Numbered from the stretch's first letter, positions 8,797 through 19,076 are shown. The stretch is 64,000 bases of DNA from Candidatus Bathyarchaeota archaeon (GCA_005888735.1 VBBN01000035.1:11671-75670); one strand, 5' to 3'. A program made the numbers and translations. Notes: generated by a model from the letters alone, not told the origin.

Positions 8797-9693
8797 TCAT
8801 CCTACGACTCCCTGTCTCTGAAGTTCGTCCTGTAACCCGGCCCTGATCTGCCTAAGCCTGATACGGTGGTCCGCATAGTCGTCGCCTGAAAGCTTTCCAT
8901 TCCTGAAATCATCGTCGAGCTGTTTTAGCTGATTCTCGAGCTCTGACATTCGCCTTCGCAGCTGGTCTAAGTAGGATGTTGGCGTGTCCTGGCTGGCAAT
9001 CTGGCTCGGGGTGAGCGAGGATTTGATGGTCCCATCCTCGATCCTCATAATGTTGTCCGCTGCCCTCGCAACATTCTGGTCGTGGGTGACCATGATCACG
9101 GTTTTCCCAAGCTCACGGTTCACCTTAACAAGAAAATCAGTGACCATCTTCGCATTCACACTGTCAAGTTCGCCTGTAGGCTCGTCGGCCAGCAGCAAAG
9201 GGGGGTCGTTGGCCAACGCAGCGGCTATTGCCACCCTTTGTTGCTCTCCGCCGCTCAACTCGTCAGGCTTGTGATCCTGCCGGTCCAACAATCCCACCAC
9301 GTTCAGGAGTTCTTTCGTTCTCGCTGAACGAGTTCCACGAGATGTCCCAGCGGCCATCATCGGAAGCTCGACGTTCTCAGCCGCGGTTAGAGTCGGAATC
9401 AGGTTTAGGGTCTGGAATATGTGGCCGACCACCTCCCGTCTGTAGTAGACCAGTTCTACTGGTTCCAAGTCCGTCAGCACGGTGTCGCCGACGCGAACCG
9501 TCCCGGCCGTTGCCCGATCGAGCCCGCCGAGAATATTCAACAGGGTCGTTTTTCCACTCCCGCTTGGGCCAATAATCGAAACCATCCCACCGGTTTCGAC
9601 CTTGATGCTGAGGCCTCGCAGTGCCTGGACCTCAACGCTTCCGAGCTTGTACGCCTTGACCAGAGAGTCGACGATGATCGGGACTGCTGTCAA
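8797..9693 (-). CDS. ABC transporter ATP-binding protein (MacB/LolD-like) with a roughly 70-aa C-terminal coiled-coil extension
   Basis: Walker A GPSGSGKTT, signature LSGGEQQRVAIA, Walker B LLLADEPTGELD. Overlaps the upstream permease by 4 nt. Confidence 0.85.
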   Translation of the reverse strand: MTAVPIIVDSLVKAYKLGSVEVQALRGLSIKVETGGMVSIIGPSGSGKTTLLNILGGLDRATAGTVRVGDTVLTDLEPVELVYYRREVVGHIFQTLNLIPTLTAAENVELPMMAAGTSRGTRSARTKELLNVVGLLDRQDHKPDELSGGEQQRVAIAAALANDPPLLLADEPTGELDSVNAKMVTDFLVKVNRELGKTVIMVTHDQNVARAADNIMRIEDGTIKSSLTPSQIASQDTPTSYLDQLRRRMSELENQLKQLDDDFRNGKLSGDDYADHRIRLRQIRAGLQDELQRQGVVG

Positions 9694-12479
9694 GCAAATC
9701 TTACCGTCCGGCTCATCCTAGAAAGGTCCTTTCTCGCGGAGGTAATTGCCGGGAGAAAAACACCGGCGAACAGTAGTCCAACAGTCCCCAGGATAGTTTC
9801 GGTCGCCCAGAGAGGAAAAACAACCCTTCTCTGAGCTAACATGCTCGTGTAGCTAAGGTTAAGGGTGCTTTGGGCCAGAGCATCACCGCGAACTGTAATG
9901 AGACCGACAGCGGTGGCGAGGATTAGCGCAAATATGAGGAGGGGAAGTACCTCGGTGACCAGTAACCCTAGCATTTGCTTGTACGAAAGGCCTCTCACCG
10001 CGATCATAGTCGTCTCCTTCTCGCGTTCCTTAAAGCCGGTATAGGAGACGGCGCCCACCCCAATGCACGCGGCTAACCCGGCGAAGACTGTTCCCAGGCG
10101 GAGAACATTCTGTATCCCGTTGGAAATGGTTCCCGTCGCTCCTTGAGTGCTGACCTCAGCTGTGTCGACACTGACTGATGTGTACGCTTTGCGAATCGAG
10201 CTGGCTAAGTTTGAGAGGGGTATAGCTGAGTCCGCCTTTGCAAGTACCGAGTAGGTGCTGGAGAAGATGGCCGGGTTCTCGACAACGAGGCCGATTGGAA
10301 CGTATGACCATCCCATGGGCGCAAACCCACCGAAGCCTGGAACGCCGAACGAACCGCCAAGGGACCTTTGGGAATAGTCGGGTCCGAAGAGGCTGATAAC
10401 TGAGAGAGCCTTCGTGCTACTGATGTTCACGTAACTTATCCCGTAGTACGACGCAACCCCATGATCAAGCACAATCGTCTGATTGTCCAGTGCCAAGATC
10501 CGGAAGATATCGTCAATGTTTCCGGTGAACCAGCCATCCTCGTAGTATGCCCCCTGCCTCCACGTCAACGGGTCGATGGCTTTCATCTGTAAGTACTGGA
10601 TCCGTGAAAGCTGGAGCGAAGTGGCCCCTTCAACCGTCGCCCCTGTAATATTGCTCCAGGAGCGTAACTGACTGGCGAACATTGACGCATTCGTTAGGGA
10701 GTTGAACCCGGTTATGCGCAGGTCGGAGCCGACTTGGGTCTCGGCTTGTCGGAAGTTGTAGTCTTGCTGGCTGGCCTGGTCGCCGACAACCCAGATCGAG
10801 TACCCCGCGATCAGGGCTACTAGGAAGACGATTGCGCTGACCCTGCGAGGGTTTCGGAAGACATTCTTGGAGGCTAGGGTTGCAACGTCTCCAACCAGCC
10901 TCTTGGAAAGTGAGGCGAATCCCCGGTGAAATCGGAGAGCTAGCCCTGTAGATAGCTGGGTGGCTCCGTATAGGAAGAGGAATGGGCCTATGAAGGTCAG
11001 TCCAAAGTCTGCGACAGCCATGATAATGAGAACAAGTGCGAGCAGGAAGTTGGTGCCGAAAAAGAATCGGCCTATGTTCTGGAAGTTTATTCCGAGGGTT
11101 AGGAGGATTATCTTGTAGAGGCCGAGAGAGAAAGCTAGGATAGCGCCCGTCTTCCTGCTAGAACGTGTGTCTTCTAAGTAGACGTATTCTCTCAAGGCTT
11201 TAGCTGGGTCCATTGAAGCCGCGGCACGGGCAGGCGAGAAAATTGAGAGCAGCGTCAGAATCACTGTGAAGACTATTGTGATGATTGCGGTGTTGCTTGT
11301 GAGGAACACGGCTCCTGGGTTGCTCCCGCTGAGGACCTGGATAAAATAAGGATTCAAGGTCACCGCAGCCGCCAAGCCAAGACCTCCACCTACGAGGCCG
11401 ACGATCAGTGCCTCGACCATGAAGTGTCTGAACAGTTGCGCATTGGAGAAGCCCTTGGTCTTGAGAAGCCCAATCTCCCTCCTCCGCAGGTTGAACGAGG
11501 CTTGGGAAACAGTTCTTCCAACAAGCCAGGCCACAAAGAAAACTGGAAGCGAGAAAATCGTGAATGTGAATCGGAGGAGGAAAATGCTCTGCGAGAAGCT
11601 TGCCAGAGGCCCGGTCAGACTTTCACTTGAGCTGAAATTGTACCGAGCAGCCTCATTTGTAACCTTGGCCTCGATCTGTTGTACTTGGGCAATACTGCCT
11701 TCGATGTTGAACGCGCTTAGAAGCCTCGACCTGTCAAGGTAGACATTTACAGTTGCGGCGATGTTGTACCCACCGCGATTATTGGGAGGAATGGTTTCCT
11801 TGTACTCCCACCGAACTAAGGGAAGGAAGGTCCGCTCCCAACTCACAATAAGAACACTGCTCGGTCTCTGGACAATGTCCGTTCCTCGGAAATTGCTGAC
11901 AAGAGAGCTAACGCCCAAGGTGGCTGAAGCCAAGGTGTCCAGTTTCGCCACCCCTACAATCCTCAGGGTCACATTGTAGCTGTGCCGGTATGAGCCAAAG
12001 CTGTACCCTACCGTTTGACCAAAGGTGTAATTCTGCCCAAACGGTGAGTCCGCGTTAACAAAAGACTCATTGGCCTCAAGTGTCTTTTGACCGTTGACAA
12101 CTGACAGGTGCTTATAGAGAAGAGAACTGTCCTGAATTGCTTTCACCGTGGGAAATGAAGGGTTGAAAATCGGGCCTTGTTGGGGTGCACTCCCGAATAA
12201 CTCCACAGATGCCACCCCATCCACTTGTCCGACCTTTGCGGCAACGTTTTGGAAGGTCTCCGGTGGAACTGGTATCGAGCCTTGCGGGAAACCAGTCGAG
12301 GGGGTGAGTTGCATGTCGACCGGGGTATCGGCTAGTTGGGCATCGAGAGCCTGTTTCCCAATCGTATCGGCTCCGACATTGATTCCACCGAAGAACGTTG
12401 CGGCCAACATCATTCCAAGTATTAGGGACACGAAAAGTTTCCAGGACCGCACGATCCTCTTCAGGGCATAGGACAGCAT
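9690..12479 (-). CDS. ABC transporter permease, FtsX/MacB-like, with large extracytoplasmic domains (929 aa)
   Basis: Two FtsX-type 4-TM modules separated by long soluble domains. Co-oriented with and overlapping the ATPase gene. Confidence 0.75.
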   Translation of the reverse strand: MLSYALKRIVRSWKLFVSLILGMMLAATFFGGINVGADTIGKQALDAQLADTPVDMQLTPSTGFPQGSIPVPPETFQNVAAKVGQVDGVASVELFGSAPQQGPIFNPSFPTVKAIQDSSLLYKHLSVVNGQKTLEANESFVNADSPFGQNYTFGQTVGYSFGSYRHSYNVTLRIVGVAKLDTLASATLGVSSLVSNFRGTDIVQRPSSVLIVSWERTFLPLVRWEYKETIPPNNRGGYNIAATVNVYLDRSRLLSAFNIEGSIAQVQQIEAKVTNEAARYNFSSSESLTGPLASFSQSIFLLRFTFTIFSLPVFFVAWLVGRTVSQASFNLRRREIGLLKTKGFSNAQLFRHFMVEALIVGLVGGGLGLAAAVTLNPYFIQVLSGSNPGAVFLTSNTAIITIVFTVILTLLSIFSPARAAASMDPAKALREYVYLEDTRSSRKTGAILAFSLGLYKIILLTLGINFQNIGRFFFGTNFLLALVLIIMAVADFGLTFIGPFLFLYGATQLSTGLALRFHRGFASLSKRLVGDVATLASKNVFRNPRRVSAIVFLVALIAGYSIWVVGDQASQQDYNFRQAETQVGSDLRITGFNSLTNASMFASQLRSWSNITGATVEGATSLQLSRIQYLQMKAIDPLTWRQGAYYEDGWFTGNIDDIFRILALDNQTIVLDHGVASYYGISYVNISSTKALSVISLFGPDYSQRSLGGSFGVPGFGGFAPMGWSYVPIGLVVENPAIFSSTYSVLAKADSAIPLSNLASSIRKAYTSVSVDTAEVSTQGATGTISNGIQNVLRLGTVFAGLAACIGVGAVSYTGFKEREKETTMIAVRGLSYKQMLGLLVTEVLPLLIFALILATAVGLITVRGDALAQSTLNLSYTSMLAQRRVVFPLWATETILGTVGLLFAGVFLPAITSARKDLSRMSRTVRFA

Positions 12480-12583
12480 CGCCGAGTGGCGCGTCTACCT
12501 GGCCGAGGCCTATTCAGCTTTGCCGAATCCAATGGTCAAAGGGAATACTTTTCGGAAGGCATTCGAGGCTTGTGGTTTACCTC

Positions 12584-13069
12584 TCAAGCCATTTCACTTT
12601 TCTTGGCGTGAAACTTTTCCAGAAGACGAAGCATATCCTGGTCCTCATATTCTTCAACCAGGACCCTGTACCCCTCGTCAGTCTTCTCGTCAACTAGCTC
12701 TTTCTTCGCGTAAACCTCGCAAATGTAACTGTCCTCCTTCAAAAGGCCGAGTCCCTGCGGACCAGGGCCCAAGACATCGAACAAGATCTTCATGAGGTTA
12801 TCCAGGTCCTTCACGGGTCTCGTGTTTGTGACGCTGGGAGAACCTTTCCACAGGAAGAAACCGACGGTGATACTGACCAGTCGTCCTTTCATCCTGGACT
12901 TGAGCTGTTCAAGATTGTGCCCAGTAGTCGCTTCCAGAATCGCCTTCCGCAGCTTTCCCTCCTTCTCCGGCTTGTCTTTACCGCTCCCTATCGTTACGGG
13001 TTCGAACGGGATGATGGCGATGTCGAGGAGCGTCCGGGTGGACTCAACATCCTCTGCCTCATCTTCCAA
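12584..13069 (-). CDS. RusA-like Holliday-junction resolvase family protein (putative)
   Basis: Motif VKDLDNLMKILFDVL...EDSYICEVYAKK resembles the RusA DxDNLxKxxxDxL...DDxxV.....K catalytic core. Acidic N-terminus and extra C-terminal tail. Confidence 0.4.
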   Translation of the reverse strand: MEDEAEDVESTRTLLDIAIIPFEPVTIGSGKDKPEKEGKLRKAILEATTGHNLEQLKSRMKGRLVSITVGFFLWKGSPSVTNTRPVKDLDNLMKILFDVLGPGPQGLGLLKEDSYICEVYAKKELVDEKTDEGYRVLVEEYEDQDMLRLLEKFHAKKSEMA

Positions 13070-13221
13070 GTTCCGGTCGAGGCTATGCCGCCTCTGTTTA
13101 CTACTTAAGCGGAGGAGGTGGTCGAGCCTTGGACTTCACAAGGCCCCGCTGCTAATCGGTCTCTCTGAGGCCGTGCTCTACCCGAGTCTGAAGAACTCAA
13201 GCCGACCCTCCAGGTCCCTGT

Positions 13222-13752
13222 TCATGAGGTAATGGGCGCAGTCGAGTTGATCCGGTGGAGTGTTTCAACCGCAAAAGTAGTCCATCGTCCCTGTCCATCT
13301 TTCTGCTCTATGATTATTGACCAGGTTCCGTTGGAAGGGTTCCGGGACACGGTATTGTGGAGAGGCCCATCAGGGCCTTCGAAGACGAACTTGATGGAAT
13401 TTTCGTTGTTCAACCTGCCAAACCCGATGGTCTCGGAGAACCTTCCACCAAACACGTCAAGCCAGTGGACAACATAACGCTCGCTCATATTGTCATATCC
13501 GATGAAAACCAAAGCTTCGTACTCGGCGCGTTCCTGCCTGTCTCCGCTGTCGCGAAGCCGTTTTGTTTCTGAGTCAATGAAATTGACACGGAGAAATTGA
13601 TGGTTGAGAACCCACGCCGATTCACAGTACTGATTAATTTCCTGACCTGCAATCTTTCCTGAGACCCTCCAGGTTCCTACCAGCCCATCGAGAAGACTAT
13701 CGTAGAAGGGGTGGCTCTCGCCATCAACCTCCGCAGCTTTCTCCTCGGACAA
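13222..13752 (-). CDS. hypothetical protein (possible beta-barrel/DUF1579-like)
   Basis: 176-aa ORF with no recognisable catalytic motif. Call is by composition and length only. Confidence 0.3.
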   Translation of the reverse strand: MSEEKAAEVDGESHPFYDSLLDGLVGTWRVSGKIAGQEINQYCESAWVLNHQFLRVNFIDSETKRLRDSGDRQERAEYEALVFIGYDNMSERYVVHWLDVFGGRFSETIGFGRLNNENSIKFVFEGPDGPLHNTVSRNPSNGTWSIIIEQKDGQGRWTTFAVETLHRINSTAPITS

Positions 13753-13884
13753 TCAGAATCTTGCTAAAGGTTTTCTGGTAGCATATTATCCGTTTCTAGC
13801 ACTCCCCTCTCAGGGATTTGAGGCGACAGGCTATCGTCAATCATCGGAGAGTATATCTCGGCAAGGCTCCTGCATTGCGCCGAC

Positions 13885-16113
13885 ATGAGACTAGTGATCG
13901 TGTCTAACAGGTTGCCCTTCGCCGCTGTGAAGAGGGGCGACAGACTATTCTTGCGGTCCAGCACAGGCGGTCTTGTCTCAGGTCTGACAGAGTACTTGGA
14001 GTGGGCCGAGAAAACCGTACCTGGAGCAAGTCATGTCTGGCTCGGCTGGCCGGGAATAGATGTTGAGGAGGATCTCAGGGAGACATTGAAGTCCAAAGCC
14101 GCCTCGAAATACCACGCAGTTCCCATTTTCATCGACAGCCAGACAATGGACAAGTTCTACCACGGATTCTGCAACAGCACACTCTGGCCACTCTTCCACT
14201 ACTTTCCCACCTATGCCAAATTTGACGCTGAGTTCTGGGAACAATACGTTCGGGTCAACGAGGCCTTCAGCGAGGCTGTGGCGAAGGTCGTCCAGCAAGA
14301 CGATATCGTCTGGGTCCACGATTACCACCTCATGCTTCTGCCAAACCTTCTACGCAAGAAAATTCCCAACATCTCAACAGGCTTCTTCCTCCATACTCCA
14401 TTCCCCTCCTACGACATTTTCCGCCTATTACCAACAGAATGGCGCAGACAAATACTGGAAGGGGTTGTCGGGGCGGACCTCATAGGTTTCCACACGATAG
14501 ACTACACTCAACACTTCCTCAGGTGTGCACTACGAATTCTCGGCTACGAACACAGCTATGGACAGTTCCCCGTAGAAGATCGAATAGTGAAGGTTGACAC
14601 CTTTCCCATGGGCATAGACTACCAGCTCTTCCACGAATCCGCCAAGAGCGTCGAGGCCCGGCGCGAGGAGCGTGGACTAAAGCAGAAGCTGGCCGGGCTG
14701 AGAACAATACTCTCGACAGACCGGCTCGACTACACGAAGGGGATCAAAAATCGACTTGAAGCGTACTCAATCTTCCTCGACAAGTATCCCCAGTGGCGAC
14801 AAAAAGCAGTTCTCGTACTTTCTATTGTCCCTTCTAGGCTTGGAGCAGAGCACTACCAGGAGATGAAGGAAGAGGTTGACAGGCTTGTCGGCAACATCAA
14901 CGGAAAGTTCGGAACCATCGACTGGACACCCATAGTGTACCGCTACAGGTACCTACCATTCAACCAACTTCTAAGCTTGTTCAGCATCAGTGATGTCGCC
15001 TTGATTACACCTCTGCGTGACGGGATGAACTTGGTCGCCAAGGAGTATCTTGCCTCGAAAACCGACAGGAAAGGCGTCCTAATTCTAAGCGAGATGGCCG
15101 GAGCTGCCAGAGAGCTCGGAGAGGCTCTCGTCATAAACCCAAATGACACAAACGAGATTGTGGAGGCACTCAAGACGGCTCTCGAGATGCCCGAAGAAGA
15201 GCAGATCCGGCGTAACGAGGCGATGCAGGACCGGCTCAAACGCTACGACGTGTTCAGCTGGGGCCAGGACTTTATCAACAAACTGAACGGTGTCAAAGCC
15301 GAACAGAGGAGGTTTAACGCCAGACTTCTGGACCCTCTGAACAGGGAGAAACTCGTTAAGGAATTCGTGATCTCCGATAAGCGGGTCCTATTCCTCGACT
15401 ACGACGGCACACTCTCCCCTTTCGCAGATAGTCCTGAAAAAGCCGTGCCAAGCGATACCTTACTCGAGACTCTCAAACGGCTCTCCGAAGAGCCAAGAAC
15501 CAGAATCGTCATCGTCAGCGGACGCCACAAGGACACACTTCAACAGTGGTTCGGCTCGCTAAACATCGCTATGATTGCCGAACATGGGGGCTGGGTCAGA
15601 GACGAGGGCGGAGAGTGGCGTCCCTCGGTCCCCACCGCCATTGGTTGGAAGGAAAAAGTTCTTCCTGTTCTCAAAACGTACAGAGATAGGTTGCCAGGGT
15701 CGTTCATAGAAGAGAAAGAGTTCTCGCTGGCCTGGCACTATCGACGCGCAGACCCGGAACTTGGACCGATGCGGGCCCGAGAACTTGCAGACGAATTGTC
15801 CGACTTTCTCGCCAACACAGAACTTCAAGTCCTACAGGGCAGCAGAATAGTAGAGGTGAGACAGGTGGGGGTCAACAAGGGCTCGGCGACAGCTCACTTT
15901 CTTGGACAAGCCAGCTTCGTACTCGCCATCGGAGACGACTGGAGCGATGAGGACCTCTTCAAAGCGATTCCAGACACGGCGTACTCGATCAAGGTTGGCA
16001 TGACTAAGTCCTACGCCAAGTTCAACTTGAGAAGCTACCGTGAAGTTATTCAACTCTTGAAAGAACTCGCTCAGAACGCTAGCCTACTCCAACCCGTCCG
16101 GGAACCTGCATAA
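13885..16113 (+). CDS. otsA: bifunctional trehalose-6-phosphate synthase (GT20, OtsA) / trehalose-6-phosphate phosphatase (HAD, OtsB) fusion
   Basis: N-terminus IVSNRLP...WPLFHYFP with the GT20 core. C-terminus FLDYDGTLSPF plus IVSGRHKD HAD motifs. 742 aa. Confidence 0.9.
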   Translation: MRLVIVSNRLPFAAVKRGDRLFLRSSTGGLVSGLTEYLEWAEKTVPGASHVWLGWPGIDVEEDLRETLKSKAASKYHAVPIFIDSQTMDKFYHGFCNSTLWPLFHYFPTYAKFDAEFWEQYVRVNEAFSEAVAKVVQQDDIVWVHDYHLMLLPNLLRKKIPNISTGFFLHTPFPSYDIFRLLPTEWRRQILEGVVGADLIGFHTIDYTQHFLRCALRILGYEHSYGQFPVEDRIVKVDTFPMGIDYQLFHESAKSVEARREERGLKQKLAGLRTILSTDRLDYTKGIKNRLEAYSIFLDKYPQWRQKAVLVLSIVPSRLGAEHYQEMKEEVDRLVGNINGKFGTIDWTPIVYRYRYLPFNQLLSLFSISDVALITPLRDGMNLVAKEYLASKTDRKGVLILSEMAGAARELGEALVINPNDTNEIVEALKTALEMPEEEQIRRNEAMQDRLKRYDVFSWGQDFINKLNGVKAEQRRFNARLLDPLNREKLVKEFVISDKRVLFLDYDGTLSPFADSPEKAVPSDTLLETLKRLSEEPRTRIVIVSGRHKDTLQQWFGSLNIAMIAEHGGWVRDEGGEWRPSVPTAIGWKEKVLPVLKTYRDRLPGSFIEEKEFSLAWHYRRADPELGPMRARELADELSDFLANTELQVLQGSRIVEVRQVGVNKGSATAHFLGQASFVLAIGDDWSDEDLFKAIPDTAYSIKVGMTKSYAKFNLRSYREVIQLLKELAQNASLLQPVREPA

Positions 16114-18046
16114 TCCCATCTTTTCCCGGCCCAAACGAACCCGGCTGATCGCCAGCGGCGGAGACCTTTCTAGCGCCTTTGACTTCGCGTGACAGCGCTG
16201 ATACGTATCGCTTCGAGCTGCTTCGCTGGCGCGCGTACTTGAGACGAACAGCCGCGTTGATAAGTCCCATATGCGTGTAGGCTTGGGGGAAGTTCCCCAG
16301 CGCCTCACCCGTCTCTGTGTCTATCTCTTCCGAGTAGAGTCCAAGATGGTTCCCACGCCCAAGCAGTTGGCTCATAAGTCTCTCTGCGTCTTCCACTCTG
16401 CCAAGCCGAGCTAGACAGTCGACGAGCCAGAAACTGCACACTGTGAACGCTCCTTCTCTTCCTGGTAGGCCATCATTTGCTGAGTATCGGCGCACCAGGT
16501 CGCCCGAGCCGAGTTCCTCCATAATGCGTCGGATTGTGGACTCTACCTTTGGATGCTTCGCAGGCAGAAATTTCGCCAGCGGCATAAGTAGGTTCGCCGC
16601 GTCCAAGTCGTCTCCGTCAAACGTCATTGTGAACGCTCTCTTCCGGGCAGACCATCCTCTCGTCAGAATCTCACTCTTTATTCTCCTCTTAATCGGGTCC
16701 CATCTGGAACAATCTTCATGGTAACCGAGTTCCCGAGCTAGTTTTGCAGCTCGGTCGAGGGCAATGTAGCACCACATTCGAGATTCTACGAAGAGCTTTC
16801 GCTCTCCTCGCATCTCCCAAATCCCACTATCAGGCTTTCTCCAAGCCTCGATTACTTGGTCAGCGGAGGGTCTCACAAGAGTCTCGTAAACCTGCTTTGT
16901 AGTATTGCCCGACACACGGTGGAGGAAGAACAAGGAATCTATCAACACCCCGTGTATGTCGAGCTGAAGCTGTGCGTGGGCAGAATTGCCCAATCTGACC
17001 GGCCTTGAGCCCTCGTATCCTTCAAGATGGTCCAACGAATATTCCGGGCCAACTTTGTCGCCGGTGACAGTTCTCATGATCTGCATTCTCTCGTTCGAGT
17101 ACTTGTGAAGGCTAACCAACCACCTTGCATAGTCCAATGCCTCGCCTGTAACACCGACCGAGGTCAATGCCCAGATGGAGAATGCAGCGTCTCGGACCCA
17201 CGAGTATCGGTAGTCCCAGTTTCTCGTCCCTCCCAAGCACTCAGGGAGAGACGTGGTGATAGCTGCCACGATCGCGCCTGTGGGGGCGTACTGGAGTAGC
17301 TTCAGTACAAGGCAGGACCTGACGACGTGAGACCGGTATGGTCCTTCATACTTCACATGTCTCGCCCAGTTCTTCCAATACTGCAGTGTCTTTGAGAGTT
17401 TGGTGCTCGTTCGATAGGGAGACGCAGGTTTGGTTCGTGCGGTGCCGTATTCGACAAAGAAGGAGGCTCTTCTCCCTTCTTCCAACCTTATTCTTTGGCC
17501 AGCCCCTTCTCTCCTGACTTGAAGCCCAGACGGCGATGATAGGGAGAGCAAGTGTTTCGCGTTCTTGGCATAACAGCCCCGGGATGTCTTTACGAGAACT
17601 GTCTTCCCGCGCGAATAGTTCAGCCGCGGTTGAAACGTCACTCGGAGCATAACCTCCCCACTCACGCACTCAACGAGCCGGTGAAACTCATCAAGGACCC
17701 GGAGCTTTCCCTTCTCCATGAAGCAAGGCATGAAATCAGTCAGTACGGCCCTGCCAGTAGTCGTTTGGAAAGTAGTCTGGAGAACATTTGTTTCTTCTCG
17801 GTAGTTCTGGTGAGAGCTGAACCGACCCGTGGGAGCGATCTGGAATTTTCCACCTTTCCTCGTATCCAATATGGATGCGAAAACACTTGGAGAATCAAAT
17901 CTTGGAACGCAATACCAGTCGACAGACCCGTCAATTCCAACGAGGGCTCCCGTATGCAAGTTTCCGACGACGCCATAGTCGCGAATCCGCTTGTAACCCG
18001 CTGCTGACACAGTTGGCTCTTCACTGGGTCGAGGTTCTTCAGGCAT
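16079..18046 (-). CDS. glycoside hydrolase family 15 (glucoamylase-related; putative trehalase TreH-type)
   Basis: N-terminal GVVGNLHTGALVGIDGSVDWYCVPRFDSPSVF and a C-terminal (alpha/alpha)6 region. Its 3' end overlaps otsAB by 35 nt, convergent. Confidence 0.8.
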   Translation of the reverse strand: MPEEPRPSEEPTVSAAGYKRIRDYGVVGNLHTGALVGIDGSVDWYCVPRFDSPSVFASILDTRKGGKFQIAPTGRFSSHQNYREETNVLQTTFQTTTGRAVLTDFMPCFMEKGKLRVLDEFHRLVECVSGEVMLRVTFQPRLNYSRGKTVLVKTSRGCYAKNAKHLLSLSSPSGLQVRREGAGQRIRLEEGRRASFFVEYGTARTKPASPYRTSTKLSKTLQYWKNWARHVKYEGPYRSHVVRSCLVLKLLQYAPTGAIVAAITTSLPECLGGTRNWDYRYSWVRDAAFSIWALTSVGVTGEALDYARWLVSLHKYSNERMQIMRTVTGDKVGPEYSLDHLEGYEGSRPVRLGNSAHAQLQLDIHGVLIDSLFFLHRVSGNTTKQVYETLVRPSADQVIEAWRKPDSGIWEMRGERKLFVESRMWCYIALDRAAKLARELGYHEDCSRWDPIKRRIKSEILTRGWSARKRAFTMTFDGDDLDAANLLMPLAKFLPAKHPKVESTIRRIMEELGSGDLVRRYSANDGLPGREGAFTVCSFWLVDCLARLGRVEDAERLMSQLLGRGNHLGLYSEEIDTETGEALGNFPQAYTHMGLINAAVRLKYARQRSSSKRYVSALSREVKGARKVSAAGDQPGSFGPGKDGIMQVPGRVGVG

Positions 18047-18070
18047 TTGACCACCGGTCTTTTTGAGGTT

Positions 18071-18421
18071 CTACTTTCTTGATGTCTTTGCAGGCAGCTT
18101 GCTAGCCCATTCTAGTGACCGCCCGACCCATGAACGGATTGTCTCTGGGTCCTTCCACCAAGCGCGAGGAATCATCACGTATTCCTTCATCGGTCTACTC
18201 TGCACAGGCTCTAACAACGAAGCGCCTTTCTTGAGAAGCTCTTTCCGATGATTGTCAGACAGTCGTACAAACAAGTCGTTTCCGAACACTCCGAAGAACA
18301 TGTTGCCGTTCATGAATGCTGACACGTTGTCGAACATTGGCCGAACCGTAACCCTTGGGTCGTCAGGCAAGAACGACCTGAACGCCTCCTTAGACCTCTC
18401 ATCGGCCCGAGGAATATTCAT
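18071..18421 (-). CDS. TfoX N-terminal domain family protein
   Basis: MFDNVSAFMNGNMFFGVFGNDLFVRL...SRPMKEYVMIP matches the TfoX_N pattern. Confidence 0.45.
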   Translation of the reverse strand: MNIPRADERSKEAFRSFLPDDPRVTVRPMFDNVSAFMNGNMFFGVFGNDLFVRLSDNHRKELLKKGASLLEPVQSRPMKEYVMIPRAWWKDPETIRSWVGRSLEWASKLPAKTSRK

Positions 18422-18497
18422 GCCCGACCCCTCGAAACCGACCCGTCTCTTCTTATTCCTTTTAGGACAGGGAGCTTTATGCGGTCTCCCGTCTGCT

Positions 18498-19076
18498 TTA
18501 CAGTTGCTTTAGCGTACGGTTTGCCCATTCGAGTTGCCGCTGGAGGTTCAGCGCGTATTCTTTCAGCATGAAGCCTATTTGCTTCGACGGTATCTTGTCC
18601 CGTTTCAGCTCGAGAACGTCGCGTACAAAACTAAACTGCCCTGATACCATGTGGGTGAACAGATTTGGCAGCTGCTCGGGCTCCACGAGTTCGATGAATA
18701 AGCGTCTCATCGCCCCCCAGTTCTCGCCTGCTTTCCGAAACATATCGCTTGACTGTCGCACGCGCCTTGCACCTTTGGGGGTGATGTGGTACACCCGCTG
18801 AGAGGTCTCGCCTCGCCGATGCGGTTCTGTCTTGATGTAACTTTCAGCGAGGAGTTCTTTCAAGATTGGATAGACGGATCCTGCCCCAGGTCGCCAGGAG
18901 CCCTCCGTCTTGCTGGCGATCTCACGAAGGATATCGTAACCATGTGCGGGTTTCTCTGCTATCCTATGTAGGATGTAGTGACGTAAGAGACCTCGTGGAG
19001 CGCCTTGTGGGCCCAGCAAGCCATGCTGCGGGGGCTTCTTGTCCGGGATAGCTTTCGAGCGGGGCATGCTCACCAT
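18498..19076 (-). CDS. PadR family transcriptional regulator
   Basis: Winged-helix HGYDILREIASKTEGSWRPGAGSVYPILKELLAESYI, typical of PadR. Confidence 0.75.
   Translation of the reverse strand: MVSMPRSKAIPDKKPPQHGLLGPQGAPRGLLRHYILHRIAEKPAHGYDILREIASKTEGSWRPGAGSVYPILKELLAESYIKTEPHRRGETSQRVYHITPKGARRVRQSSDMFRKAGENWGAMRRLFIELVEPEQLPNLFTHMVSGQFSFVRDVLELKRDKIPSKQIGFMLKEYALNLQRQLEWANRTLKQL

Noticed and set aside
9228-12471. Numerous plus-strand ORFs (60-140 aa) inside the ABC ATPase and permease genes
   Set aside because: They lie antisense to long, well-supported minus-strand genes and have low-complexity Arg/Pro/Ser-rich composition. They are spurious.
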